Of a DNA stretch of 64,000 nt, positions 9,693-19,602 are shown piece after piece. The notes under the pieces were generated by a model. That model was not told the origin of the DNA. It made no database searches and saw only the letters and a program-made list of their open reading frames with translations. Made by a program: the position numbers and the translations under genes. The DNA is taken from NCBI GenBank assembly GCA_963666345.1, contig OY762721.1, positions 352,001 to 416,000 of the forward strand, in the 5' to 3' direction. How positions within the stretch are numbered: position 1 is the first letter of the stretch; every line of letters starts with the position of its first letter. This stretch comes from Desulfatiglandales bacterium. Its GTDB lineage: Bacteria > Desulfobacterota > DSM-4660 > Desulfatiglandales > Desulfatiglandaceae.

Positions 9693-10754
9693 ATGGCGTG
9701 GGACTGGGATAAACTGCAGCAGCAAAGGAAAGGCCCCAAAGGCCCATCAGGGGGAGAATCGGGTGGTCCCCCCCGGATGGATGATGTCTTTGAAAAAATA
9801 AAGGGATCAAAGCTCAAGATACCGGGTGGTGCGCCCATCATAGTCATAATCCTGCTACTGTTTTTTATCGGTTCAAGCTGTTTTTATACTGTAGCGGTGG
9901 ATGAAGTGGGTGTGGTTCAACGATTCGGCAAATACGCAAGGACATCGCAGCCAGGCCTAAATTTCAAATTCCCTAGGGGCGTTGAAAGGGTAAGCAAGGT
10001 AAAGGTCAGGTATGTATTCAAAGAAGAGTTCGGTTTCAGGACCCTGCAGGCGGGCGTAACTTCCAGATATGCCGCCGGCACAACCTACCAGAGCGAAGCC
10101 CTGATGCTTACAGGAGATCTGAACGTGGCGGTAGTGCCCTGGATAGTACAGTACAGGATAAACGACCCGTACAAATACCTTTTTAAGGTAAAAAACGTTC
10201 GCTCGACCCTGAGAGATCTGGCCGAATCCAGCATGCGTCTTGTTGTGGGTGACCGGAGCATAAATGAAGTCATAAGCAAAAGAGAAGAGATAGCCGACGC
10301 TGCAAAGGAATTCCTTCAAAAGGAGCTTGATGAAGCGGAAACAGGCATAAGAATAAGCACTATCGAGATGAAAAAGACAAACGTGCCTGAACCTGTACAG
10401 CCCTCCTTCAATGAAGTCAACCAGGCCACACAGGAAAAGGAAAAGGTGATATACCAGGCAAAAGAGCAGTACAATAAGATAATACCGGCTGCAAAAGGTG
10501 ATGCGGAAAAGACCATCCGATCCGCAGAGGGTTATGCCCTTGACCGTGTGAACCGGGCCAAGGGAGATGCTGCCAGGTTTGTCGCCCTTTACGAGGAATA
10601 CGTCAAGGCAAAGGATGTGACAAGAAGGCGTCTCTATCTTGAGGCCTTGATGGAAATATTTCCCAAGCTCGGAAGCAAATATATTGTTGATGCCGATCAG
10701 AAGAACTTTCTCCCCCTTTTAAACATGGGGGATAAGGCTGGAGGCCAAAAATGA
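9693..10754 (+). CDS. hflK: FtsH protease modulator HflK
   Basis: MAWDW N-terminus, TM helix, SPFH domain, MLTGDLN, VTRRRLYLE. Confidence 0.95.
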   Translation: MAWDWDKLQQQRKGPKGPSGGESGGPPRMDDVFEKIKGSKLKIPGGAPIIVIILLLFFIGSSCFYTVAVDEVGVVQRFGKYARTSQPGLNFKFPRGVERVSKVKVRYVFKEEFGFRTLQAGVTSRYAAGTTYQSEALMLTGDLNVAVVPWIVQYRINDPYKYLFKVKNVRSTLRDLAESSMRLVVGDRSINEVISKREEIADAAKEFLQKELDEAETGIRISTIEMKKTNVPEPVQPSFNEVNQATQEKEKVIYQAKEQYNKIIPAAKGDAEKTIRSAEGYALDRVNRAKGDAARFVALYEEYVKAKDVTRRRLYLEALMEIFPKLGSKYIVDADQKNFLPLLNMGDKAGGQK

Positions 10755-11710
10755 AACTTAAGGTGCTAATTATTCCCATAGCAATCGTACTCATTGCCGT
10801 CTTTTCAGCCGCCTATATCGTGGATGAAACGGAACAGGTAGTCATAACCCAATTTGGAAAGGCCATAGGAGATGCCAAGACCGAACCGGGCCTTTATTTT
10901 AAGGTCCCTATGATCCAGCAGGCAAACTACTTTCCCAAAAATCTGCTCGAATGGGACGGTGACCCGGGTCAGGTTCCCACTCTGGACAAGACGTTCATAT
11001 ATGTGGACACCTTTGCCCGCTGGAAGGTAGTCGATCCCCTGGCCTTTTTTCAGACTGTTAACAACGTCGTCGGAGCCCTTGCCAGGCTGGATGACATAAT
11101 AGATCCGGCGGTCAGGAATTTTATCACTTCCTACCCACTTATCGAGACCGTTCGCATGTCCAACCGAAAACTTGACACATATGAAATAGGCATGGACAAC
11201 AAGCAGCAGGATGTAAGAGTCATCCGTGACATAACAGCCGGACGAAGAGAAATAATAAAGGGGATACTCAAACAGGCCCGGCCCAAATTGAAGGATTTCG
11301 GTATCGAACTGGTTGATGTCAAAATTAAACGTCTTAATTATGTGGAACAGGTAAGAAAGTCGGTTTATGCCAGGATGATCGCAGAGAGGAAACAGATCGC
11401 GGAAAAATTCCGGTCCGAGGGTCAGGGGGAGGCACGAAAGATAGAGGGTAACCTGGAAAGGGAGCTCAAGAAGATCACCTCCGAGGCATACAGGATCGCG
11501 CAGGAAACAAAGGGAAAGGCGGATGGACAGGCCACGCTTATTTATTCCAAGGCCTACAGCAAGGATCCTGAGTTCTATTCCTTTTTGAAGACCCTTGACA
11601 CCTACAAGGAAACAATGGGTGGAGACAGCTCCCTCATACTCTCGACAAACTCGGAATTCCTTAGATATCTGAAAGGGTACAAGGGAGAAACCTCAGATTG
11701 GCTTGACTAG
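10751..11710 (+). CDS. hflC: FtsH protease modulator HflC
   Basis: SPFH domain; RMIAER, FRSEG and DPEFYSFLK motifs; overlaps hflK by 4 nt. Confidence 0.95.
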   Translation: MKLKVLIIPIAIVLIAVFSAAYIVDETEQVVITQFGKAIGDAKTEPGLYFKVPMIQQANYFPKNLLEWDGDPGQVPTLDKTFIYVDTFARWKVVDPLAFFQTVNNVVGALARLDDIIDPAVRNFITSYPLIETVRMSNRKLDTYEIGMDNKQQDVRVIRDITAGRREIIKGILKQARPKLKDFGIELVDVKIKRLNYVEQVRKSVYARMIAERKQIAEKFRSEGQGEARKIEGNLERELKKITSEAYRIAQETKGKADGQATLIYSKAYSKDPEFYSFLKTLDTYKETMGGDSSLILSTNSEFLRYLKGYKGETSDWLD

Positions 11711-11749
11711 AATGATCTAAAGAGAACCCCGGGGATAGGAAGAATTATT

Positions 11750-12232
11750 ATGGTCAGGACCGAGATATCGCTTTTCTTAAAAAATGCACCGGGCGAACTG
11801 GGCAAACTGTCCTCTCTCCTCGCAAGCGAAGGCATAAATATCGACGCCCTGACCATTCAGGATGTCTCAGAATATGTAAAGGGTCTTTTCAAGGCCAGGG
11901 GAAAATCGCTCAAAAGGGTCGCATCCGCCGCAAGTTACGGCTCAATGCAGAAGGACTCGGCAGATTATGCGCTTATTCGCCTTCTTGTGGAAAATACCGA
12001 CAAGGCGATAAACCTGCTTTACAGGGAAGAATATTTATTCGATATAATGCCTGTCATAGCCCTTGAGATAGACAACAAACCGGGGACCCTTGCAAAAATG
12101 GCGCGGAAATTCGGAGAAGAGGATATAAATATAAATTATGTATACGGCTCGGCCCTCGCAGGCAGTAAAAAATCACTATTCGTATTCTGCCCTGAAGATA
12201 TAGAACTTGCAGCAGACATATTCAAGGACTAG
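11750..12232 (+). CDS. Tandem ACT domain protein
   Basis: NAPGELGKL...GINIDAL and NKPGTLA...ININYVY repeats. Confidence 0.85.
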   Translation: MVRTEISLFLKNAPGELGKLSSLLASEGINIDALTIQDVSEYVKGLFKARGKSLKRVASAASYGSMQKDSADYALIRLLVENTDKAINLLYREEYLFDIMPVIALEIDNKPGTLAKMARKFGEEDININYVYGSALAGSKKSLFVFCPEDIELAADIFKD

Positions 12233-13959
12233 GGCTCGGATCTCCTGAAATCCGCCATCTTTAGCTGAATATTTTTACATCCATTCCAGGTGTTGATCTC
12301 AGGGATGTGAAGGATATCGACCCTTGATCCCTCTTTTAACTCTCTGTGACCCATTCCGAATCCGATTACATCAAAACAAAAAGACCCGGCCCTGGCCTTA
12401 AATTTCAGATGCTCCTCGCAAATCACTCTGGGCTTTTCAACCTCCAGTGATTTTGTAAGAAACAACGGACGAGGATTTCCAGCGCCATACGGTTCAAGAG
12501 GCTTCATGACACTTATGCACTCACTGGTTATATCTTTTGGCCCGACTTCCGCATCTATTATAAAACTCCTTAAAAGCTTGTCCCTGGTAAGCAGTTCTTC
12601 TGCAAGCTCATGCATGCCTTTTTCAAAGGCGGGGTAGATCTCCCTTTTCATCGAAAAACCTGCCGCGGCTTCGTGGCCTCCGAAAGAGCTGAAGACCGCT
12701 CTCATTCTATTCATCATTGCAAAGATATCAAAGCCTTCTATGCTGCGTGCGGATCCATAGTTATCACCGTTAATCTCACTTGAAACAAATGAGGGCCTGT
12801 TGTATTTTGATACAAGCCTTGATGCGACAATGCCTAAAACGCCCCTGTGCCATTCCTTTCCTTTCATCAGGATTATCTTGCCGGAAATCAACGTCCCATC
12901 AAGCAGAATACGCTCCTCTATACTCTCCAGCATATCCTTTTCTATGGCCTTTCTATGGTTGTTGGCCTTTTCCATTTCAAGGGCATATCGCCTGGCATCG
13001 TCATAAGTCCGTGCGGTCAGTAGGCTCATTACAAGTCGGGGATTGTCTATTCGACCAGGGGCATTTATTCTGGGGGCAATCTTGAATGCCACGTCTTCGC
13101 TGCTTACCTCATTTCCCGCCAACCCGGAGAGGGATTTCATGGCTTCCAGTCCGGGGCTGGTCGAACCGGACATTACCATCAATCCGTTCGATACAAGTAT
13201 CCTGTTTTGATCGCTCAAAGAAACAGAATCGGCAATCGTACCGAGAGCTACCAGGTCCAGGAACATCCTTAAGTCCGGCTCTTGTTTGATCTTGAACCAC
13301 CCTCTCTTCCTCAATCTGGCCCTCAGGGCCACAGCAAGGAAAAAAGCCACTCCGACCCCGGCCAGATCCTTGAAAGGAAAAGGACATCCCTCCTGTTTTG
13401 GATTGATGCAGGGACAATCGGGTATGGATACATTTTCACATTCATGATGATCCGTGACTACCACCCTCAGTCCCAGGGACCTGGCAAAAGAGACCTCGCT
13501 TTTACCTGATATGCCGCAGTCAACAGTAATTATGAGCCCGCCACCCCTTTTTGCTATTTTTTTTATTGCCTCTTTGTTTAAACCATAACCCTCTTTCAGC
13601 CTGTGAGGGATATAATAGGAGATATCTACTCCAAGCCTGGAAAAAAAATGTACCATCAGGGCTGTGGAACTGATTCCATCTGCATCATAATCTCCGTATA
13701 TGGTAATAGGGATGCCTTCATCCATTGACCCTGATATCATGTTGAGGGCCTCTTCCATTCCTTTTAAGAGCATTGGATCGAGTAGGCGGGACAGTCTTGG
13801 ATTCATAAAATCGCTTGCCTGAGAAGGGTTCAATATACCCCTGTTCGTCATCAACAAGGCCTGGAGAGGGCTTATATTCATCTCCCCGGCAAGTCTTGAT
13901 GCAAGAGGGAAGGTGTGTTTGAACTTCCATATGCTATCTTCGTGATAAGGGATCTTCAA
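12229..13959 (-). CDS. recJ: Single-stranded-DNA-specific exonuclease RecJ
   Basis: YGDYDADG, ITVDCG, TDHH, LAGVGVAF, ALGTIAD and GGHEAAAG motifs. Confidence 0.95.
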   Translation of the reverse strand: MKIPYHEDSIWKFKHTFPLASRLAGEMNISPLQALLMTNRGILNPSQASDFMNPRLSRLLDPMLLKGMEEALNMISGSMDEGIPITIYGDYDADGISSTALMVHFFSRLGVDISYYIPHRLKEGYGLNKEAIKKIAKRGGGLIITVDCGISGKSEVSFARSLGLRVVVTDHHECENVSIPDCPCINPKQEGCPFPFKDLAGVGVAFFLAVALRARLRKRGWFKIKQEPDLRMFLDLVALGTIADSVSLSDQNRILVSNGLMVMSGSTSPGLEAMKSLSGLAGNEVSSEDVAFKIAPRINAPGRIDNPRLVMSLLTARTYDDARRYALEMEKANNHRKAIEKDMLESIEERILLDGTLISGKIILMKGKEWHRGVLGIVASRLVSKYNRPSFVSSEINGDNYGSARSIEGFDIFAMMNRMRAVFSSFGGHEAAAGFSMKREIYPAFEKGMHELAEELLTRDKLLRSFIIDAEVGPKDITSECISVMKPLEPYGAGNPRPLFLTKSLEVEKPRVICEEHLKFKARAGSFCFDVIGFGMGHRELKEGSRVDILHIPEINTWNGCKNIQLKMADFRRSEP

Positions 13960-14530
13960 TTGATAAATACCGGTTTTATTTCTTATGAGTAACCGCGATT
14001 TCCTTTATATTTTGTATTTCAGATCAGATCAGATCAGGATTCCGCTTTCATTTCACAGCCGACTACCCCTGATCCCTGATTTTCCAGGCTTCACTAGGCT
14101 CGAACCTTTCAGAACCGGGCTCTCCTATTTTTTGATCCCGCAAAAAATTGTTCATTCTTCAGGCCGAAAAGGTATATTACCCTTAATAGAATTGGGATGG
14201 AAACAGAAAAATCGCATAAACCATCAGGTGGGCTTTGTGCCAAGCGAAAAGGATCTGAATCACATGCGGCAATGCCTTTTGCCCGGCCTTTTTGAAACGA
14301 TTCAAGCCGATAGTCGGCAATTTGCAGGAGGTAGAGTCGACCCAGTATTAACTTGTTGAAACCAGACATAATTACCACCAACCTCGCGCCTGCACTCAGA
14401 ATTTTTCAAATTTTACCAATTGACTTTTACAGAAAAAGAGGCTAATAGAATCGAAACGCAATCACAAAAAGCCATTTCTTTAAAATTCCAAATAAATTCT
14501 TCATGTTAGAGATAATGAATTAAAGGAGGA

Positions 14531-15829
14531 GTGCCTATGGACGATAAAGCTCTTGAAATCAGCGAGCTTAAAGGTGAATTCAGAAAAAAAGTCAATGAAA
14601 TCTTGCCTGAAGGAAATCTGAACCTCTGCCTCACTTGTGGTGCATGTGCCAGCGGTTGCCCGGCTACCGGACTTGAGAACATGGATCCAAGAAAATTTGT
14701 CAGGATGATAGTTCTCGGACTCGATGATGAGGTTACTACCACACCATGGGTGTGGATGTGCAGCCAGTGCCAGCGTTGCGTCTATGCCTGTCCTATGAAG
14801 GTCGATATTCCCCGGATGGTTTATCTTGCCCGGCAGGCATGGCCGCGTGAAAAACGACCCAAAGGGATACTCGGTTCATGCGATATGGCCCTCAGGAACG
14901 ACAGTTGCAGTGCAATGGGAGCTGCCCCTGAGGACTTTGTGTTTGTTATAGAAGATGTTGCAGAGGAAGTAAGAGACACCCAACCGGGCTTTGAGACACT
15001 CCAAGCACCGATAGATAAAGAGGGGGCCTATTTTTTCCTCAATCAGAATTCCAGGGAACCGGTGACTGAACCGGATGAATTGGTCCCGCTTTGGAAGATC
15101 CTCCACATTGCTGAGGCGGACTGGACCTATGGCAGCAAGGGGTGGGCAGGAGAAAATTATTGCATGTTTCTTGCCGATGATGATTCATGGGAACATGTTG
15201 TCCGTACGAGCATCAACCAGGCCGAACATCTTGGGTGCAAGGTTTATCTCAATACCGAATGAGGCCACGTAACTTTCTCAGTCCTGGAAGGACTGAAAAA
15301 ATTTGGAATCAAGACCGATCTGGAAATTGCCAGCATTTACCAATATTATGCAAAATGGATTAGAGAGGGGAAGCTGAAGGTCAATTCAGACTGGAACAAG
15401 GATCTGAAAATCAAGTTTACGGTTCAGGATCCATGTCAGATAGTCCGAAAAAGCTTTGGCGACCCGGTAGCGGATGATTTACGGTATGTCGTTAAATCCG
15501 TTGTCGGTGAAGAAAATTTTATTGACATGACCCCTAACAAATCAAACAACTATTGTTGCGGAGGAGGCGGCGGATATCTCCAATCCGGTTTCGTTGAAGC
15601 ACGTCACCAGTATGGAAAGGTAAAATTTGACCAGATAGTGGCTACAGGCGCAGATTATTGTATTGCTGCCTGCCATAACTGTCATGCCCAGATTCATGAT
15701 CTTGCCGATCATTTTAAAGGCAAATACCATACCGTCCACCTGTGGACTCTTATTTGCCTGGCCATGGGAATTCTGGGTGAAAACGAGCGTGAATATCTGG
15801 GACCCGACCTTAAAGAGGTTGGACTCTAA
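14531..15829 (+). CDS. 4Fe-4S dicluster + CCG-domain oxidoreductase (HdrC/HdrD/GlpC-like), selenocysteine at TGA 15260-15262
   Basis: ORFs 14531..15262 and 15527..15829 share a frame and are joined by stop-free sequence; NTE-U-GH corresponds to the ECGH motif; QDPC and CCGGGGG follow. Confidence 0.88.
15278..15296 (+). promoter_or_regulatory. Bacterial SECIS-like hairpin
   Basis: Perfect 8-bp stem TCAGTCCT/AGGACTGA with GGA loop, starting 16 nt after the UGA. Confidence 0.75.
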
Positions 15830-15857
15830 TACCGACTAAAAAAGTTCCTCTAAAATG

Positions 15858-15886
15858 AAATCCCGCCTTTATGTGGCGGGATTTTT
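15858..15886 (+). terminator. Intrinsic terminator
   Basis: AAATCCCGCC-TTTATGT-GGCGGGATTTTT. Confidence 0.8.
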
Positions 15887-16007
15887 GTTAAATCCCCAGG
15901 CAATGGGGCCTATGTGACATTGCTTGGGCTACTCGTTTTCCCCTGAGGCAGCACCGCCCCACCCCGACCTGACTTTCAAAACAAAACCAGGTCTTATATA
16001 ATAAACT

Positions 16008-16526
16008 GTGGCAGCAGGGAGGCTATCAGATCCAATGAGTGTCTATGATATAAAATCCAGAACATACTGGCAGAAGATATTGGATGATATCTGTGAAAAA
16101 TCAGGAATGCCGGCAGCCCTTGTCGACGAAAAGAATGTCGTGCTCCAAGCCAGCGGTGAGCGGAATCCTCTCTGCTCCAAAATCCGCAGCAATAATGAAT
16201 CGCTGTCATTTATTTGCAGCCAGACACAGCAGTATATGACACACCAAGCCAAAACCACCGGGGAACCCATCATTGATGCCTGTGAAGCGGGCATGTTGAA
16301 AGTTTTGATCCCTCTTTTTCTGGATGCTGTTTTTGTGGGATCGATCACTGCCTGCGGATCATCCATACCAGGGGAAGAGGTCGAAACCTTCGCCATTGCA
16401 AAAAGCACAAAAATGGATGAAAACAAAATCATACCACTTGCAAAGATGATCCCTGAAGCCGATCAAAACCTGGTAAAAGACATAGCGCAGCTGCTGTTTC
16501 AGAAAATTAAAGGGATGAGTAGTTAG
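16008..16526 (+). CDS. PocR ligand-binding domain protein (start probably ATG 16035)
   Basis: NPLCSKIR...ICSQ...CEAGMLKVLIP cysteine pattern. Confidence 0.8.
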   Translation: MAAGRLSDPMSVYDIKSRTYWQKILDDICEKSGMPAALVDEKNVVLQASGERNPLCSKIRSNNESLSFICSQTQQYMTHQAKTTGEPIIDACEAGMLKVLIPLFLDAVFVGSITACGSSIPGEEVETFAIAKSTKMDENKIIPLAKMIPEADQNLVKDIAQLLFQKIKGMSS

Positions 16527-16555
16527 GGGTCGATAAAATCAAGATTTACGCACTC

Positions 16556-16682
16556 ATGCTATCAACAATCAGCTCTCAGCAGTCAGTAAAACACTTGAGA
16601 TATCAACTTGCTGGCTACTTACTGATAGCTGACGGCTGAAGGCAACATCCAGAAATGATCCATTTCTGGATGGAAACTAGTT
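16556..16682. repeat. Inverted heptamer arrays plus MITE family B-type end
   Basis: TCAGCTC-TCAGCAG-TCAGTAA facing CTGATAG-CTGACGG-CTGAAGG, then palindrome CATCCAGAAAT-N5-ATTTCTGGATGGAAACTAG. Confidence 0.55.
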
Positions 16683-16793
16683 AAAGCCCTTTATTAAGCC
16701 TAATGAAGAGGACTGATTTATTCAAAAAAAGAAACTTCATCGATCATTCCCGTCATAAATCCTGAATATGACATATCGCTCCCCTTTTCAAAA

Positions 16794-17576
16794 CTAACAG
16801 GTCGATAAATCGCCATCAGTATTTGCGTATCGATAAGGGCTTCTCAGGTGAAGGTCCCCCTCCACCAGATCGATGTCCTTGGGGACATCCACCTCTATTG
16901 AGTCAAAAAAGGACTCCACGACCTTTATCCTGAAACCATTTTCCAAGGCCCTCAGCTGTTCCAGCCTTTCAATGGACTCAAGCAGGCCTTCCGGCATCCC
17001 GGTAAATTCAACCAGAAACGACATCCTGAACCCATAAAAACCCAGATGCTTAAAGTATCGCCCTTCCGAACCCTCGTCACGGCAAAACGGGATCGGAAAA
17101 CGGGAAAAATAAAGAGCAAAGCCATCCTTATCGGTAACCACCTTTACATGGTTTGGATTCCGGATATTTTCTTTATCCCTTATTCGGTACATCAGGGTAC
17201 TCATCGGTATGGAAGGATCCGCAATTAAAGGCCCTACCAGCTGGGACAGTATATCGGGAGGAAATGTCGGTTGATCTCCCTGTATGTTTACGACTATATC
17301 GTCGGCATCAAGGCCCATACTTTTTGCCGCTTCACTTATGCGATCGGTTCCTGAACGGTGGGCATCGGAGGTCATAACGGCCTTCCCGCCAAAACCCTCC
17401 ACGCACTCGAGGATTCGCTCATCATCGGTGGCCACATAGACATCCGACAATTCACGGCATGCCGCAGAGTGTTCGTACACATGCTGGATCATAGGCTTTC
17501 CAGCTATAAGAGCGAGAGGTTTACCGGGGAAACGGGTTGAGCCATACCTTGCCGGGATAAAGGCGGCAATTTTCAT
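16794..17576 (-). CDS. kdsB: 3-deoxy-manno-octulosonate cytidylyltransferase
   Basis: IPARYGSTRFPGKPL, SGTDR, NIQGD and LEQLRALE motifs. Confidence 0.95.
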   Translation of the reverse strand: MKIAAFIPARYGSTRFPGKPLALIAGKPMIQHVYEHSAACRELSDVYVATDDERILECVEGFGGKAVMTSDAHRSGTDRISEAAKSMGLDADDIVVNIQGDQPTFPPDILSQLVGPLIADPSIPMSTLMYRIRDKENIRNPNHVKVVTDKDGFALYFSRFPIPFCRDEGSEGRYFKHLGFYGFRMSFLVEFTGMPEGLLESIERLEQLRALENGFRIKVVESFFDSIEVDVPKDIDLVEGDLHLRSPYRYANTDGDLSTC

Positions 17577-17649
17577 AATTGATCCCTCGTTATCTGTTCT
17601 GGGGAAGGGTTGGAGGTTTGAAAAACCCCAAGGACAGTTGCATTTTCCG

Positions 17650-18021
17650 TCACGATTCGAAATATGTGGCACAAGAGGTATCTGATTCCCATGCAGACAC
17701 CCTGCTGATGCTGATACCTTTTTCGTTCAAATCCTTTGAAAGTTTTTCAAAGATTAGTCGGGCTATGTTTTCAGAGGAAGGGTTTATTTTTTCAAAATAA
17801 TCCAGATCATTCAGGAATTCATGGTCAAGCTCATCCAGGATGTTTTTGGTCTTATCCTTTAATTTCCTGAAATCGATAAGCAATCCGTCATCATCAAGCA
17901 TTTTTCCTGTAACCCGGACCTCCACCTTCCAGTTATGGCCATGAAGCTTTTCGCACCCTCCGCAATAATTTCTCAGCTGATGTGCAGCAGCAAACTGGGA
18001 AACTATCTTAATTTCATACAT
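17650..18021 (-). CDS. queD: 6-carboxy-5,6,7,8-tetrahydropterin synthase
   Basis: FAAAH, CEKLHGHNW, LDH, PSSENIA and VSAWES motifs. Confidence 0.93.
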   Translation of the reverse strand: MYEIKIVSQFAAAHQLRNYCGGCEKLHGHNWKVEVRVTGKMLDDDGLLIDFRKLKDKTKNILDELDHEFLNDLDYFEKINPSSENIARLIFEKLSKDLNEKGISISRVSAWESDTSCATYFES

Positions 18022-18059
18022 AATCCGACCTCAACCAGCTACTATTGCATGGAATCATT

Positions 18060-18326
18060 TCAGCCCTTATAAGGCTTACCACATTCCGTACATTTTCCAT
18101 TGACTATAATGCCTGTGCAGGTACCATCCGGGCACAGGACCCTGTTTTCAAAATCAAAGGAATCCTCATCCGTACCCGAAGAGGCATCTTCAAAATCGGA
18201 TTCATCCTTATCGCCCCGCATAAGCCGGCCGCAATCGATACAATAGTTTGCCTCCTCAGGACCGACAGCACCGCAATACGGGCATTTGGCTCCAGGCAGT
18301 TCTTTCTCACAAAATGGACATTTCAA
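18060..18326 (-). CDS. Zinc-ribbon domain protein
   Basis: Several CxxC pairs and C-terminal RVLCPDGTCTGII...CTECG; TTG start after AAGGAGG. Confidence 0.75.
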   Translation of the reverse strand: MKCPFCEKELPGAKCPYCGAVGPEEANYCIDCGRLMRGDKDESDFEDASSGTDEDSFDFENRVLCPDGTCTGIIVNGKCTECGKPYKG

Positions 18327-18654
18327 GGCGGCTACCTCCTTATATGATAAAAAAAGACTTTCAATCCCTGACAGCACAAAAACCGCGGGATAAAAAAGGC
18401 CCTCTGAAACCCTGCTCTTTTCACACCGGATGGCTATGGCCTTCGGAGAAAAATGCCAATTATGTCAGAGCCGGGTATTTTGATCCGGCAGAACAGATCT
18501 TTTCAAAAGGCTTGCTGCATTTAAGGCACAAAAATCCATAAGCACACTTCATTTTTTGCGCCAAATACCAAAAACAGCCTGATATTACCTCCAAGATATA
18601 TCGATGTCAAAGCCTTCCTTTTTCCCCTGGACACCATCAAGACGTCATCCGACA

Positions 18655-19341
18655 TCATACATGCTCATGACACCCGGTTTTCCATGGCTTCTTCCAGTCG
18701 ATCATGTCAGACAGCTCTTCCCAGCCATTTACCGACGCAAAGGGGTGGACACTGCGATTCCACGGCTGATCGAATACTATGGGTGTCACAGGTGAACTCT
18801 CCATGAGATAGCAGGTTTCAAGTCGGTCTTCCACGAAATATTTCATGCCTCGTTTTAGAAGGATCGGTAGTTTGTCCTCATGTCTTCCGGCGGCTACCAG
18901 GATGATTGAATCCCGCCTGGCCAAAGGCATATAATGCCAGATCCAGTTCAATATTGAATCCCGGTCCGATCTTGCAGTCACAAAAAGCAGATTCCCGTTA
19001 TCGGCCAACCTGGTTAATACATCGACAGAACCGGTTACCGGCCTTATATCCGCTTCAAGAGGCTGATCCAGAATCCTGCTTATGATATCATTGGTTGAGT
19101 TTTCATCAAGACCCGTATCCTTCCAGAATTCGTATTCATTGATATCGTCATAATGTATTCTCAAACCATAATCCTTAAAGGCAATTTCTATGAATGCGCG
19201 AAACGTATCCGCAACTACACCATCGACATCAAATGCAATCTCTGAAGGGTCAATTCTAAATGACCCGGAGCAATTTTTGATTTCAGTACCTTCCCTTGCA
19301 CCTGATTCCACCTTACCGACCGGTTTTTTAATGGAGTTCAT
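18655..19341 (-). CDS. HAD-superfamily hydrolase (5'-nucleotidase/NT5C-like)
   Basis: IAFDVDGVVADT, FVTAR, FVEDR and QPWN motifs; start uncertain. Confidence 0.8.
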   Translation of the reverse strand: MNSIKKPVGKVESGAREGTEIKNCSGSFRIDPSEIAFDVDGVVADTFRAFIEIAFKDYGLRIHYDDINEYEFWKDTGLDENSTNDIISRILDQPLEADIRPVTGSVDVLTRLADNGNLLFVTARSDRDSILNWIWHYMPLARRDSIILVAAGRHEDKLPILLKRGMKYFVEDRLETCYLMESSPVTPIVFDQPWNRSVHPFASVNGWEELSDMIDWKKPWKTGCHEHV

Positions 19342-19602
19342 ATTAAATCCTTTCCGAATCTTTATAATTAACGAACCCCCCCGGCTCTCTGAAAATAGGG
19401 CCGTCAATGCAGCTCTGGCTCATAGGCCCTCATGGCTCATAAAGGAGGTATTAATCTAAATCCCTATGGCGGTCTTTTCAATGTATATGTCTTAGAAAAG
19501 ATTTCAACGGATATGCATGGAGACAACGTATGGGAAAAATGCGGAAGGGGGGATTGTCTCTTCATAACAAACTGCTAATATTAAGGCACGCTCTCATAAC
19601 TG

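Noticed and set aside
13985..14381. 124-aa and 90-aa ORFs between recJ and the oxidoreductase
   Set aside because: They overlap on opposite strands in a divergent promoter region, with no motif or convincing RBS
15527..15829. Separate 100-aa CCG protein
   Set aside because: It is the in-frame C-terminus of the UGA-readthrough gene starting at 14531
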